Assembly: GCF_009914755.1 (NCBI RefSeq)
Contig: NC_060926.1
From: the human T2T-CHM13v2.0 reference genome, Homo sapiens
Length of the DNA: 64,000 bases
Reading direction: 5' to 3' (one strand)
Positions 27,504-47,534 of the stretch are shown one piece after another. The notes beneath the pieces are model-generated. The model saw only the letters and a program-made list of their open reading frames with translations. It was not told the origin of the DNA and did not search any database. Each line of letters begins with the position of its first letter. Positions within the stretch are counted from its first letter, which is position 1. The position numbers were made by a program, and so were the translations under genes.

Positions 27504-30500
27504 CTATGTAAAGAAAATATAGTTTGTTGTTGAATCTTTAAGTAATATAAACTTAAAATTTTCTGTGTTTATAATTTATTACATGAATGTTGTAATTTAT
27601 TTCCAGGTTTAATTATTTTAAGGTTAAAAGGTGTGTGTGAGTGAACATCTTGAGCCCTTGCTGAGTGCCAGAGATTGTTCTAAGCTTTTAACCTGTTATC
27701 TCATTTGGTCTTCAAAGGACCTTTATGAGTTAGATACTGTAATTTTCGCAATATATTAAATGAGAAAATTGTGGCATATTGTAGTTTATAGTTAATCATC
27801 ATTCCCACCCCCCAGTTCCAAGCCAGCACTAATCTACTTTCTGTCTTTATAGTATATCCTTTTCTGGATAGTTCATATGAATGGAGTAGTAAAATATGTG
27901 GCCTTTTTGTTGGCTTCTTTCATTTACCCCGATGTTTTGTCATTGTGTTGTAGCATGGATCAGTATTTTGTTCCTTTTTATTGCAGAATAATACTTACAG
28001 TTCGTTTTTAATGAAAATAATAACACAGACCTGGTCTCCTGGTAGCAAATATGAGAAAACCACTAGGTTTGGGCCTAGCTGTTCCCTTTATGCCTCTCCT
28101 ATGTGTTATCCTTGGTAACTGCCCAGACCCAAGACCAGACAGGACCATTGCCTTCTAGAGTTCTCTTATTCCATACCTGGATGCTTGTGCTTCCTCCCTT
28201 GGACTTTTTGTCCCTTTACTACCCTTCCTGGCATTCTTTTCACTGTTCTGTGAATTCTCATTTTCAGTGTCAACACATTACCCTGTGTTCTCAGTGCTTT
28301 CACAGTGGGTTGCTGGCAGGTAATTGGAATCTGAGAATTTTATCCAAGTTGCCCATTATTCTAATCTCCATAAGCCACAGAGCCAGGAACTGCTGATGGT
28401 GTACTGGTTGTGGCGAACACTCTTTTTTGAAAATTACTCTCTTACATAACCACAGCACATGCCATCAAAATCAGGAAATCAGCGTTGATCTGATAAAACC
28501 ATCTACTCCACAGACCTTGTTCGGGTTTGGGGGATTATTCCAGAATGTTCTCTCCTGGTCCAGGATTTGATCCAGGATCTACTGGCATGACTCTAATTTT
28601 CTTCAGTATGGAGCAGTTCCTCAGCCTTTCTTTGCATTTCATAGCAAACTTACTGAAGATAACTAGTTTTTTTTTTTTTTTTTTTTTTTTTTGGTGGAAA
28701 CTCAGTTTAATGTTTCTTTATAATCTGCTTTTGTAGGGGAGGAGCAAAAATTCTGTATTCTTAGTGTTTTGTAACTGGAGCCGTGTGATGTCAATTTGAG
28801 TAAATATGATAGAAGATATCCAGTGTTGGTCCTTAGGGAAAAAGGTTTTCATAATCACAGAAGTGGGGGCTCTCACTGAGGTTGAGTTATCAACAAATAG
28901 TTACATTTTCTGGCAGCATTGATGGTGAATTTTATCTAATTATCTTTTAACTCATAGATAAGACAATCACTTATTCATACATTTACTACCCCTACTACGT
29001 GCTTACCCATGTGTGGGTGCCGGGGATCCAGGCATCAACCAAACAGGCCTCTGGTTGCTCACCCTCATTCACTGATATGTGTGAGAGGGAATTTCAGTAG
29101 TGGTAAGTCAGTGGTCTTGCAACGTAATTCTTGTGCTTTCAAAGATCATTCATAGACTCATATAGCTAACACTCACAGGATACTGCTCTTTGGCATTGAC
29201 CAGTCCCTCCACTTTCTTCCCTGAGACCCATTGCAAGCTGTTTCTGATCATTGTCAGGAAAGATTGTTTTCCTGTGTTTGTGTTATTTTGAAAAGGCTCT
29301 CTGTGTTGGTTTGGTGCACCAGGATAGTGTTGTACAGACTCACTTGCCACAGCAAAAAAATGACATCCTAAGGAGAAGTTAGTATATTCATCAGATGTTA
29401 AGTTTTTGAGTTGAGATTTTGTCAGCTTTTTTGACCTGGAAAAATAGAAGGTTTATTTATTTATTTTTTTTCAAGAGTTGTCACTGGTCACAGATAATGA
29501 AATAAGTAAAGTGAGTGGTGTTTATCATCCATTGAGCTAGACCTATTTTACTAGCTGATTGACTACCTGAAAATCTGAGTTTGAATGTGGTTATTTCACT
29601 GTGTCAAATGGTAGCCTAGTAACTGATTATTACTGCTGTTTTAAACAGTGACCTTCTTATGTTTAGGATATATTTAGGTGAGTTAGTGAGGTAGCTTTGA
29701 TGCCTTAATAGAACCAGAGAAACCACTTGGCCATAATAACTGATAGTTTTCAGGTTTTCATACTGTGCTTACTACTTAACACATCTGTAACCTAGCAGAG
29801 CTCCAACGTTCTTCTTTTTGTTCCTACAGAGAAAGGATCTCAAGTCTAACTTAGAATGTGGCATAATAATGTGTGACAGTCTTTTGAGGAACAAATCACA
29901 GTAACCCCAAATTGCCCAGGGTAATCAATAGCAACTGCCAGATTGCATTTGGAGCCAGGACATTTCTTTGGCTACACTGGATGACCATGTGAGATCTGAG
30001 AGAACATGAGGATGGTTATAAGTGGCTGGATAAAAACAAAACGAAAATATGTGAGTTCCTTTTGAGCTAAAGATGTTGATGAGAATTATTCTGAAGAAAA
30101 ATGGCCACTACATTTTAAGTGCTAATTTAAGAATGGCTGCTGCTTCTTAGAGATTGTTGAGTATACTGATTCTAAATTATGTAGTTTAAGTTGTGTAAAT
30201 TTAAATTCTGGAGTAGGTTTTTTTTTATATCATATCCATCATAAAACAGCTGTTTTCACTTGCCATAGGTGAAACTATGGGTAAACATTTCTTTTATGTG
30301 CAGGTGTGTTGTAGCAATAGAACTTGTTAACAGTGTAAGTGCTTAAGGAATTTTTAGTGCAGATTCTGTGAGTTAAAATTACAGTATGGAATGGTCATGA
30401 AGCCTGATTTCCTTCCTCAGCCCCACTGTCCAGTAGAAAAATGATCCAGATTTAGTCTTCAATATGTAATCTATCTTCTTCTTGGATGTGCAGAAGGGTT

Positions 30501-31596
30501 TGTATTATATTGTATTTAAGGCTTAACATCTCATGCCAAGTAATTTTTTCTTCTGAATCACAGTAAAACTGTGTGGAAATCAGTTCAAGAAAAATTTGCT
30601 TGATGGTAGTGCATGATGGTAAGTGGGGCATTGGGAGTTCATCCTGAGTAAAGGAAGAGAGCCTGTTTCTCAAGCAGAGTCCATTCTGCTAGTGAATTGC
30701 CCACTTCTCCAAATGAACATAATGCAGTTAGGTCAGGGAGAATGACACAGGAGGCTCAGCATCATTTCTGTCTCCTCACTTTTCTTGGCACCATATCCTA
30801 ACACAAAGGTTTATTGAATATTTACCTAAAATTTCTCCCACATTGGTTATTTTCACTTCTGTGGTTTGACACTGTGATACCAGATGGGACAAACAAGAGC
30901 CTGGTCAAAACTTGAAAAAAAAATCTGGGGAACAAGCAGTCCACAGGGTCTTTGAAAAGCTCTGATACATTCCTGGGGACCTAAAAGGTTGCATAAATGT
31001 GAAAAGCTGTGTGCATGCCTGGGAAAGACCTGAGAGGGCCCTACTCTTTCACCTCTGGCTGATTGGAGTTTCTGTGCAAGTAGGAAGTGAAGGCTAAGGC
31101 AGAGTTCTAAGCTGCCTGAATGTTGAGGGCATGTCTTAACACACATGGATACATCTAGAGCTTCTCAGCAAAGAATGGAATATTTATTGATTCACAGAAT
31201 TTAAGGAAATGTCTGTCGAATCATTAGCTGACCACTAAGTTAACTGAGCAGAGACTTTAGTGGTTGTACAGTACAGGGAATAAAGACTATTGAATTAGTC
31301 CTGGAAGGTCACTATGCTAACAAATAGCAGCAGCAGAAACAACAAAACAGCAATTACAACAGACCCTAAGGGTGGGGGATATCTGATTTCCAGAGTTTTT
31401 ACATTATATTATCTAAAATACTTAGTTTTCAATTAAAAATATTGAAATATGCAAAGAAATAGGAAAGCATGACCTATACACAGGAAAAGAACTGTCAATA
31501 GAAACTATCCCTGAGAGGTCTAATTGTTGGTCTTACAAATACTTTAAACCAGCTATTAAATATACGTTATTTATAGGATAAATATAAAAATATTGT

Positions 31597-31929
<333 letters not shown>

Positions 31930-31954
31930 TTAACCAAATAGATAATATCAATAA

Positions 31955-33310
<1,356 letters not shown>

Positions 33311-33582
33311 ATAAAGTTGAAAAGCTTTTTAAAATATATTTCTTAATAAAAATGTGTAAACCTTGTCCACTAGGTTATGTAGACTCCTTAAAGGTGTTAA
33401 TAGTTATTGTGTACATTACATTTTTGTGTCTGTCAATATGCCTACTGAAATAAATGGTTTTCCTTCTTTCCACTTAGCATCACTTGTGTATATATATTTA
33501 TTGTGTGCCTGTCTTCCCTACTAGCATAGAGACTTCATGAGAATGGTGCCTTGTTTACTCACCAATTTCTACCCAGCATGTG

Positions 33583-33928
33583 TGTATTAGTCCATTTTCA
33601 CACTGCTGTAAAGACACACTTGAGACTGGGTTGTTTATAAAGAAAAGAGATTTAATTGACTCATAGTTCTTCATGGCTGGGGAGGCCCCAGGAAACTTAC
33701 AATCATGGTGGAAGGGGAAGCAGGCACATCTTACATAGTGGCAGGTGAGAGAGCATGCAAGAGCAGGGAAAACTGCCTTATAAAACCATCAGATCTCGTA
33801 AGAACTCACTATCACAAGAACAGCATGGGGGAAACCACCCCCATGATCCAATCACCTCTCTCCCTCGACACATGGGGATTACAATTTGAGATGAGATTTG
33901 GGTGGGGATACAGAGGCAAACCATATCA
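33583..33928 (-). mobile_element. Solo MaLR LTR (THE1/MST family)
   Basis: tgtattagtccattttcac...caaaccatatca, with a near-perfect 5-bp TSD atgtg/gtgtg. Confidence 0.9.
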
Positions 33929-33999
33929 GTGTGATTCAATATCTGGCTGATAGTAAGTTTTCAAAACATATATGTGGAATCAGTAAACTGCCAACAAAA

Positions 34000-35263
34000 T
34001 AAATATGGTATAAAATATTGAAAATATGGTATAAAATATAAAAAATAGTACACCTGTATAGGGCATTTAGCATAAATGGAACTTGCAGTTTAGACATTGC
34101 TCTGGGTGAGTGAGTGAGTGATGAGTGAATGTGAAGGCCTATGACATTACTGTTTACTACTGTAGACTTTTATAAACACCCTACATTTAGCTACACTAAA
34201 TTTATGAAAAAATATTTTTCTTTGATAATAACCTTAGCTTACCGTAATGTTTTTACTTTCTAAGCTTTTCAATTTTTTAACCTTTTTGATGTTATAATCA
34301 CACTTATTAAATACTTTGTATAGCTGTACAAAAATATTTTCTTTTTTATATTCATACTCTATAAGTTTTTTTCTATTTCCTTTTTTTTTAACTTTTAACT
34401 TTTTTTGGTAAAAACTAAGTCACAAACACACACATTAGCCTGGGCCTACACAGGGTCAGGATCTTCAGTATCACTGTCTGCCACCTCCACATCTTGCCCA
34501 ATGGAAGGTCTTCGGGGCAGTAACAGGCATGGAGCTGTCATCCCTGTGATAAAAATGCCTTCTTCTTAAACACCTTCTAAAGAACTTGTCTGAGGCTGTT
34601 TTATAGTTAACCTTTTAACAAATAAAAGGAGCCAGGTGCCGTGGCTCAAGCCTGTAATCCCAGCACTTTGGGAGGCTGAGGCGGGCAGATTGCTTGAGGT
34701 CAGGAGTTTGAGACCAGCCTGGCCAACATGGTGAAACCCTGCCTCTACTAAAAACACAAAAATTAGCTGGGTGTGGTGGTGTGCACCCGTAATCCCAGCT
34801 ACTCAGGAGGCTGAGGCAGGAGAATCTCTTGAACCCAGGAGGCAGAGGTTACAGTGAACCAAGATCACTCCACTGCATTCTAGCCTGGGTGACAGAGTGA
34901 GACAACGTCTCGAAAAAAACAAAAACAAAAAAAAACCTAAGTAAAAGGAGTACATTCTATTAAAATAACAATAAAAAGTATAGCACAGTAAATACATAAA
35001 CCAGTAGCATAGTCGCTTATTACCACTATCAGGTGTTATGTACTGTGCATAATTGTATGTGCTATAGTTTTATGTGACTGGCAGCATGATGAGTTTTACA
35101 TGAGCATCATCACAAACACAAAATGTAATGTCGCATTACAACATTGAGATGGCTATGACGTCACTAGGTGATAGGAATTTTTCAGCTCCATCATAATCTT
35201 ATGGGACCACCATCATATATGCAGTCTGTTCTTGACCAAAACATTGTTTTGTGGCACATGACT
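34000..35263. mobile_element. Tigger3-type DNA transposon remnant, with a sense Alu inserted at ~34630-34935
   Basis: ctctgggtgagtgagtgagtgatgagtgaatgtgaaggcc... and terminal gcacatgactg|ta. Confidence 0.8.
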
Positions 35264-36423
35264 GTATTATTAGGTGTCATTATTCCTATAGCCCAGGCAC
35301 TAATTTCCTTGTCTTGGAAGTGGGAAAGAATATTAATTAAACTGGTACTATGTGCAGTTTAACAATCATATGACCTCTAGATCAGGAATTCTTAGCCTCC
35401 CTGGCTGTCCCTACTGAGTATGATTGGTTGAACAATCGGTGTCCTCCTGTCCTTTGCAAGAAAGCACACACAGAACTCCAGAAGTTTATTGTCTTTACAT
35501 GAGATTCCTAATGAGAGGCTCCCTGTGGGGTCACTAGGGGAATGGCTCCAGTATGGCACATTGGGCGACCTTGGATATATCCACATAGGCTCTGCAGGCA
35601 AAGGCTGGAACTACAGCTAACCTGAGTCTTGGCAGAAGCACCTTATTCTCCCAGCACATGACAGAAAGCGAGGCCCGTGATTAGTGGCTCCAAGGCCATC
35701 TCTTTGGAGTCTTTCATGGCCTCCTGGGTTCTGGTGAGGTATGAAGTAGTCTGCCTTAGATTACAGCTGCAGACTATAAAACTTCCTACCTTAAGTTTAG
35801 AATTAGCTTCTCAGCAATGTGATGTCCCACAGCTCACGTGGCAATCATATGGCCCCCTTTGTTTTGGGTCATCCTTTTTGTTGTATGAGACAAGGATCAC
35901 AGGGAGCTGGAACTTTTGGCTACCTTCTCTCTAGGTAAGAAATACATTGTCTAAGTCTAAAAAGGGCTCGTGTGTCTCCTCTGATTGAATCTGTCCACCA
36001 GGCCTTGGTCTTGGCCCTGCTTGCTGCTCTGTGCTTTATGGGGCCCTGATCCCAGTGTGGGAGGCCTCTCAACCCAGACCTGGGGGGGCCACTCTCTCAC
36101 CTGGCTGGTCTCCCCTCCTCTGTGGGATTAGCCCACAGACTTTTAAGTCCAGATCCTGGTTCTTAGATAGCTTTTAATTTTCCATACTTTGTTGTAGGGT
36201 ATGAGTTTTGTTTTGTTGCTTTTTCCCCTAATTTTCAAAGTTGGACAGAAGAAGTTCCTGAGATTCACTGAGGGCCATAGACTTGGTGTGGCAGCTTACT
36301 TCTTTTTTCTTTATAATTGGCCTTGAAAAAAAAATTATACATAAATAAAATTATGTATATAATTGACATATATTAAAATTCAAATACCTAACACTGAAGG
36401 ATTCTGGAAGGGTTAATTTCTCT

Positions 36424-37055
36424 CATGCTACAACATGAATGAACCTTGAAAACATGATGCTAAGTTAAAGAAACCAGACCAAAAAGCAATATTTTGTATG
36501 ATTGCATTTCTATGAATGGTTCAGAGCAGGCAAATTCAAGACATAGAGCAGTGATTGCTAGGAAACAGGAAAAGGGAGATGGACAGTGACTGCTAATGGG
36601 TTTTTTTGGGGGGTTGATAAAAATATTCTGGAATTAGATAGTGGTAATGGTTGTACAACTTGTAACTACATTAAAAATTACTTATACCATTTAAAAGGGT
36701 GAATTTTATATGTAAATTATGTCTGAGTTTTTTAAATTACATAAGATAAATTATAAACTTGGTATATTAGTTTCCATGGCTGCTGTAACAACCAACCATC
36801 AACTTGGAACTTGTGGTGTAAAACAACAGAAATTTACCCTCTCACAATTCTGAGGCCAAATATCTGAAATCAAGTTGTCGGCGGGCCTCTTCTCCCTCTG
36901 GAAGCTCTATGAGAGAGTCTGTTCCTTGCCTGACAGCTTTGGTGGCTGCTGGCATGCCTCGGCCACATTACTCCAATCTCTGCCTCTGTCCTCACATTGC
37001 CTTCTCGTGTGTGTGTGCGTGTGTGTGTGTGTGTGTCCTCTCCCTCTGACTCTGT
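36424..37055. repeat. Left arm of inverted duplication (L1 3' fragment + MLT1 LTR part + (GT)n)
   Basis: Reverse complement aligns continuously to 42760-43743, across the L1/MLT1 junction. Confidence 0.85.
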
Positions 37056-37327
37056 GGTGTCAATTCCCACACAGCTTTTGGCTTCTTATTATGCAGAAGA
37101 CAGTTTGTTTTTCCTCCTTCATTGAATTTCATTTAAAAATACTCTCTAATAACTTTCCATTTTAGTCATTCTACCGAAAAAAAATGCAACAGAGATTGTA
37201 CATATGGTTGTTTCTTCTATTTGTTCATAATAAAAAGCTGAGGCTGATGTTTGCACTGTCATACTGTGAAAGGCAAATCCATTGAGGAATAAAAAGCGAT
37301 ATGCATCTTTTCCATCTTTCTGCTGGT

Positions 37328-37636
37328 CTTTTTTTTTTTTTTTTTTTTTTTTGAGACTGGGTCTCACTCTGTCGCCCAGGCTGAAATCCAGTGGCGCCAT
37401 CATAGCTCACTGCAGCCTGGATCTCCCAGGCTCAAGCAATCCTCCCACCTCAGCCTCCCGAGTGACTAGCACTAGGGGTACCCACCACCATGCCTGGCTA
37501 ATTTTTTTTACTTTTTATAGAGAAGGGGTCTCCTTATGTTGCCCAGGCTCTTCCTGAACTCCTGGACGCAAGTGATCTTCCCGCCTCGGCCTCCCAAAGT
37601 GCTGGGATTTCAGGCATGAGCTACCGCATTCAGCCT
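37328..37636 (-). mobile_element. Alu (J-type)
   Basis: Antisense Alu with T-tail. Confidence 0.92.
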
Positions 37637-38984
37637 GGTCTATCTTTTTAATTGTCTGTCTGCCTGTGTGTCTCATTAGAATGTAAGTTTCATGAAGAGA
37701 AGAACTTTTTTGTGTTTTAGTTCCTGTTGTATTCCCATTGCGTACCAGAGTATCTAGAATAGAGTAGATACTTCATAAATAATTGTTGAATGAATGAATT
37801 AGTGACTTTAGGCCTATTGCAGGTATTGTAGCTAACAGTACAAATTGAGATCCTTAATGAGTACTTCATTGTGTGTTGTTATATAGAAGCCCATTGGTGG
37901 GGTGATGGTGAAGTAAGAAATATAAGTTAATTTTATTAGATTGGCTGGTAAGAAAAATCGATCACGTGTCAGTTTAGGCCCTCCAGGAAGGAGACACTGG
38001 GATGGGTTAGACATGCAAGAGCTGTATTGTGAAAGACACCTGTCAAAACTGCCTGGGAACTAGAAAGAAGGAGGAACGAGAGGAGGCAGAGGAAGTCTTC
38101 AGATGCAGTGCAAGTCTGATGCCTATGAAAGGAGATGGGGGAAAGAAAGAGGGTTGTGTGGGAAGAGCCACAGACTATGGTGCCTGTCTGAGAAAGTCTC
38201 AGCCAGCCCACCAGAAAGCTCCGGTATAAAGATTTCCCATAGATGAGTTCCATCTCGGGCAGCAATGGCTCAGTCATTAGCTGGGGGCTATCCAGGAGGA
38301 TCATGGGCTGAGCCCTTATACTTCAAGTTCTTGAAGGGAGATCCACGAGGTGCACTTCGTGGTTACCACAGTCCTCCGATGCCAAGCAGATCCACTTCTC
38401 CACACACATATCGGGAGCAGCTTCTTCAGGGTTTGCTACAGTGTTGCCCCTCAGCTTGGGTCTTGGCAGGTCATCTCACCAGCCAGCCAGCTCTAGCAGC
38501 CTGGTTGCATTTTGGATGGCATTGTGTCTGGTATGACCAGAGGATCCCATGGTCATGGACCCACTACTCTACTTCCTTTGCTATAAAGTAGGTTGGACGC
38601 TATGTTGTGCGTGATTTCATGCCTGCAGATTAGCTTCTGTAAGCCCCCAGATCATGGTGCTGGCAGGAAAGGTGTAGGCAGGAAAGACAAGCCCTTATTT
38701 GAAGTAAGTGTTTATTCCTGAGAGAACAAATCAATGGTCCTTCCATGACATAAGAGGTCCAATGTAGTCAGTTTGGCCAGAAATGGCTAGTTGGTCCCCT
38801 CGAGGAACAGTGCCATCTCATGGGTTCAATATTGGTGTCTATTGTTGGCAGATTAGACATTCAGTGATAACAGTACCTAGATGAGCGCTGGCGAGTAAAT
38901 GCTGTTGTCTATGCTGTTGGGTCCATATGTTTCCCCATCTTTGCCAGGGTAACTACTCCATTTGCATGCCAGTCGTTTCAGTTG

Positions 38985-39284
38985 TATTTTATTTTATTTT
39001 TTGAGATGGAGTCTCACTTTGTCACTCAGGCTAGAGTGCAGTGGCCTGATCTTGGCTCACTGCAACCTCCACCTCTGGGTTCAAGTGATTCCCCTGCCTC
39101 AGCTTCCTGATGAGCTGGGACTACAGGCATGTGCCACCATGCCTGGCTAATTTTTGTACTTTTAGTAGAGATGGGATTTCACCTTGTTAGTCAGGCTGTT
39201 CTCGAACTTCTGACCTCAGGTGATCTGCCTACCTTGGCCTCCCAAAGTGCTGGGATTACAGGCGTGAACCACCGCACCCAGCCC
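38985..39284 (-). mobile_element. Alu inserted in ERVL pol
   Basis: Antisense Alu splitting the RNase H/integrase junction. Confidence 0.93.
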
Positions 39285-40245
39285 TTTCCAGTTCTTAAGT
39301 GATGGATAATGAAGGCTGGCTAATGTCAACTGGCTGAGCCATTTTATCTACTTGGTTGCTTGTTGCCTCTTCTCTGGTACATGCTTTCTGGTGGGCATTA
39401 ATGTGTGATACAACAATTTACACTTTGTGCTCATCTCCATACGTCCACCCACTTGCCCCTACTCCAGAATTCTTTGCATCAGTCTCTCAGAATTTGCTTT
39501 CTAGGCCCTTGACCAGCCTCCTGCGCCATTAATTACTGCCCATGATTCCATATGTATTCTTATGTCAGATCACCTCTCTTTCCACACAAAGTGAATGACC
39601 AAGTGTACCTGGTGAAGCTTCTGTCATTGGAAAGATTGTCTCTCCCTACTCTTTTTCAAGGGCAGTCCTGAAGGGGATTGTAAAGCAGCCTCATTTATTT
39701 TCAGCTTTTACACACAAACAGAGCCAACACATTTACAAATGAAGCTCAGGCTGTCTCTTCTGACTTCAGCTGGTCATGTGGGACCCTCTGTATGACCAGT
39801 AGGTATAAGCTAAAGAAGGAAGTGGGAGCCTGCGCTACCGCCTCAGGCAGGTCACACGTGCTACTTGTTCTGCCTGGGCTGATCCCAGGTGTACCCTTTT
39901 CTATCCTTATGGCGGACTTCTGCTGGGCAGTTTTCTACCACCACCTGGCCTGTACTATTTCAGGGACTCATTGTCACCACTGCTATTAGCAAGCTACTCT
40001 CTGAGATTGCTTCTCCTTTTGTCAGCCCTGGACTGTGGAAGAGGATCACCACTGAATTCCTTAGTGATGCTGGTACTTCTCTAACCACTGCATTTCTGAT
40101 GGCCTCTGTGAATGAGGTGTCTTCTAGGTTCTCCTATGAAGCATAATCCTCTGATTGGTCTTCTGGCCCTACATAATACATACATTCCACCATGCCTATT
40201 TCCCTGCATTGTCATTATTTCGCCCCTGCTTGTTATAGCAATTCA

Positions 40246-40665
<420 letters not shown>

Positions 40666-41921
40666 TTAAACAAACAGCAGTTGATCAGGCATACTCAAAA
40701 TCCAATTCAATGGTTTCTGCTAGTATATCCTAGCTAATCCTTGCAGCTCCTTTAGGATGTAATATGTCTTATCATTGCCAGTATGTGCCAGTTGTTTTAG
40801 TTGAGATTTAACCCTAGTTATCAATCTGGAAGCCAGGTGAGAAGTGGGGTCAGCTTCTGAAGGGAGATCAGTTGTCTTGCAGGGGAGGGGTCTTTTCACA
40901 TAGGGGAAATGCTAACTCAAAATAGGGCCTCGTGGAAGAATCACTAACTCTTAATAGGGAGGGGTAGGGAACCTCAGCAGGTTCTGAGAGCCAAAGTCTT
41001 TGAGGATTCATTCACATCCCATGATTCAGGGTCCCATAGTTTCTAAACAAAGCCCTGATCTTAGCATAACAGACTTGCCTTGGCTGAGTTTTCATTGTCT
41101 TTGAAGTTTGGCTACCCTGAATTTGCTCCACAGCTGTGTCTGTTCTCTCACTGCAGGAGATAAAGGCCTCTTTGTAAGCTGCCAGAGAGGTCCTTTGGCT
41201 CTCATACTTAGTTTTTAAATGTTTGTTAACTGCCTTCAATTTCTCATTGTCCTATTGTATGGCATCAATACAAATTAATAACAACCAGCCAATTCCATTG
41301 TCCTTGTATGCATCGTCCACCCTCAACTGCCTGAATTATTGCACTGGCCAGAGAAGTTGCCTCCACCGGAATACTGTCCTGAGTCACCATTGGTAAAAGT
41401 TTAGCAAACAGACCTCTACCTTCTACCAGAGACTAGTCATGCCACTGGGGCATGGGGTCATCATTTCTAGTGAGGAAGTGAGTTACCTAATCCCCGAGGT
41501 CCATCTTGCTATCTGCTGTCTGGGACCACTCTCAGTTATCAATGATTAAGTCTGGTTTCTCTAAGGGAGAAGATGCCAAGTCCAAGTTGGCAATGCAAGA
41601 GATTCATGAGAGTAACCTGGTGAAATATAAAAGGGAGAAGAAATAAGAATAGGCAGGTAAGGAGAAGGAGAAGAGAGGTAGATTAAGGAGGAAGAGCTAA
41701 ATCTCAGCCAAGCCAATGGGGAGCTCTGGCGTAAAGACTGCCAGGAGATGAATTCCATGCTGGGTGAATGACTAGCTTCTCATATATCTGCCAGACTCAG
41801 TTACTGGCTTGGGACTGCTTGAGAAGAATGCGGCTTCAGCTCAAATGATGTGGCATATCCTGAAGGTGATATAGCTGGAGGCTGCCATCTAATATACAGC
41901 TTCATGCTGATTGGCAAGTTC

Positions 41922-42192
41922 GTTTTTTGTTTTTGTTGTTTTTTTCCTTTTTTATTTTACTTTAAGTTTTGGGATACGTGTACAGATTGTGCAGGTTTGT
42001 AACATAGATACACATGTGCCATGGTGGTTTGTTGCACCTATCAGTCATCTAGGTTTTAAGCTCCGCATGCATTAAGTATTTGTCCTAATGCTCTCCCCTA
42101 CCTTGCCCCCAACCCCCCGACAAGCCCCAGTATGTGATGTTCCCCTCCCTGTGTCCGTGTGTTCTCATTGTTCAACTCCCACTTGTGAGTGA
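41922..42192 (-). mobile_element. L1PA 3' fragment inserted in the ERVL LTR
   Basis: Antisense L1 3'UTR with T-tail; TSD ggcaagtt on both sides. Confidence 0.85.
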
Positions 42193-42278
42193 GAGGCAAG
42201 TTATTTCTTGAAGGAAAATCCAAGTGGCACGCATGGATGGCTGCCATACCACATCAGTTATTTATCTCTAAACCCAGG

Positions 42279-43743
<1,465 letters not shown>

Positions 43744-43994
43744 ATCAGTACTTCATTCTTTTTCATGGTCAAATAATATTGCAATGTGCAGCTATACCCC
43801 CTTTGGTTTGTCCATCAGTGATGGACTTTTGGGTATAATTTCTTGAAATCAAATTTCTATAGGTAAAAAATTTTTATTTGAACAATGTGTTACCCAGATG
43901 TCAATTTGAATCATTGTTCCTCTTAATATTTTGAATAGATCTCAATTCTGAATCTGGTAGAAAGTCCAAAATGCCCTCAATATATTTCCAGCAA

Positions 43995-44630
43995 GTCCAA
44001 GTCTGTTCTGCCTGTGAGTAGTAAATCAATCACTGTGACATGAGTTTTACAAAAGAGAAAAGACTTATTTGCAAGGGCACTGATTGAAGAGACAGGAGAA
44101 CAGCTCTCAAATCCACCTCCCCAAATATAAGGCTTAGGGATGTTTATGCATTAGGGAAGTGGGTGGTCTAAGGTGTGGAGAAAGGTGATTGGTAGTGGGG
44201 AAAAATGAAGCAACAGGTTTATTCTGTACAAATGTAGCTGAAGTTCATGGCATTTTGTAGGACATATGTACAGAAAATGGTGGTGTTACCATAATCTAAG
44301 GGTGAAGTTTTCGGCCTTCTGATGTCAAAAAACCACCCCTCAGGCACTTGCACAGGCCCAGTTGAGGGGCTGGTGGTCTCCACTAGTTTGAACTGGACAG
44401 GAGCTGGCCCAAGTTTCTGAAAAACAGCTGAAGCGGCCATTCCTATGGTGATCTATGAATGTTACCTCTAAAGTAGCCAGTGAAGGTTAAGTTTTGACAT
44501 TCAGTGGCAAGGCCTCCAGCTTCGTGGAAAAAGAAAACAAAAAACAAACAAAAAAACACCCAAAACACAAAAAGCAAGTGAACACAAGCAAGAAGGGCAG
44601 GCAGACCTGATCAAATTGACCTCTTGGTTT
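43995..44630 (-). mobile_element. Probable ERV1 (MER4-group) LTR
   Basis: Motif gagacaggagaacagctctcaaatccacctcccc, typical of antisense MER4-group LTRs; subfamily not resolved. Confidence 0.5.
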
Positions 44631-44897
44631 CCAGTGTTTTTATAGATCCTTGAGTTGGGAGAGCAAGGAAGGCTTAAATTATCACAATCACCTCTGGTTC
44701 CTATATTTTGCGTTCACTGAATTCTTGTTGTTTGTTCTGAATATTGAGGCTGATTCTTTATCTTGGCATTGGAATGTTCCTAAACTTGGAACTCAGCTCC
44801 TTTCCTCTTCCCCTATATCAGTTCTGACTTTTGTTGCAAATGGCAAAAAACAGACTCAAACTGGCTTGGGCAAAATAAGTACATTAGCATCTCAAGT

Positions 44898-46672
<1,775 letters not shown>

Positions 46673-47243
46673 ACTTGCAGCATGTTGTTCTCCTAGGAGC
46701 TTAAGCCTTCATCATCTCAGTCAAGGAACCCTGAGGAGGTTGGGAGCTGCAAACATCACAATTTTTCATTGAAATTAGGCTTGGACAAAGAGTATTTGAA
46801 TTGTTTAATCTACCAATTATCTGTTTATCATGTGGCTTGTTTACTTATTTACTTATATCACTTAGTTCATATGGTTTATCTTACAAGCTAGAGCAACAAA
46901 TTCATCAGTGGAATTTTATAAATATTTTATAGTTGGTAAGAAATAGGTTGATGAGATAAAACATAATCTTTCAGCTTGAAAAATGAAGTTATTCAGCTTC
47001 TATAGAACTGTAGAAGTTCCAAGGATATAAGTCACCTATAAGAACAGAGAAAAAGGCAGAAATCAATTATGGTATTTCATACTGGGAAAGTGCATTTTCA
47101 CATTCCAAAATTAATCATTATTATATTGGAATCTAAAAGGAGAGCATTTTCAATATGAATTCTGTTTCTATTACTTGCTATTGGAAATGGGTAACATTTA
47201 TTGATAAGCAACTATATATATATATATATATATAACTATATAA

Positions 47244-47534
47244 TTTTTTTTTTTTTGAGAGGGAGTCTTGCTCTGTTGCCCAGGCTGGAGTGTAGTGGTG
47301 TGATCTCATCTCAGTGCAACCTCCGGCTCCCGGGTTCAAGCCATTCTCCTGCCTCAGCCTCCTAAGTAGCTGGGATTACAGGTGCATGCCACCACGCCTG
47401 ACTAATTTTTAATTTTTAGTAGAGACGGGATTTCACCATGTTGGTCAGGGTGGTCTCGAACTCCTGATCTCGTCATCCACCTGTGTCGGCCTCCCAAAGT
47501 GCTGGGATTACAGATGTGAGCCACCGCGCCTGGC
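47244..47534 (-). mobile_element. Alu, preceded by (TA)n
   Basis: Antisense Alu; (TA)n at ~47213-47234. Confidence 0.93.

Noticed and set aside
28700-30850. Repeat-poor stretch as a processed pseudogene or hidden exon
   Set aside because: No recognisable peptide, poly(A)/TSD or consistent splice-site pair was found by eye.
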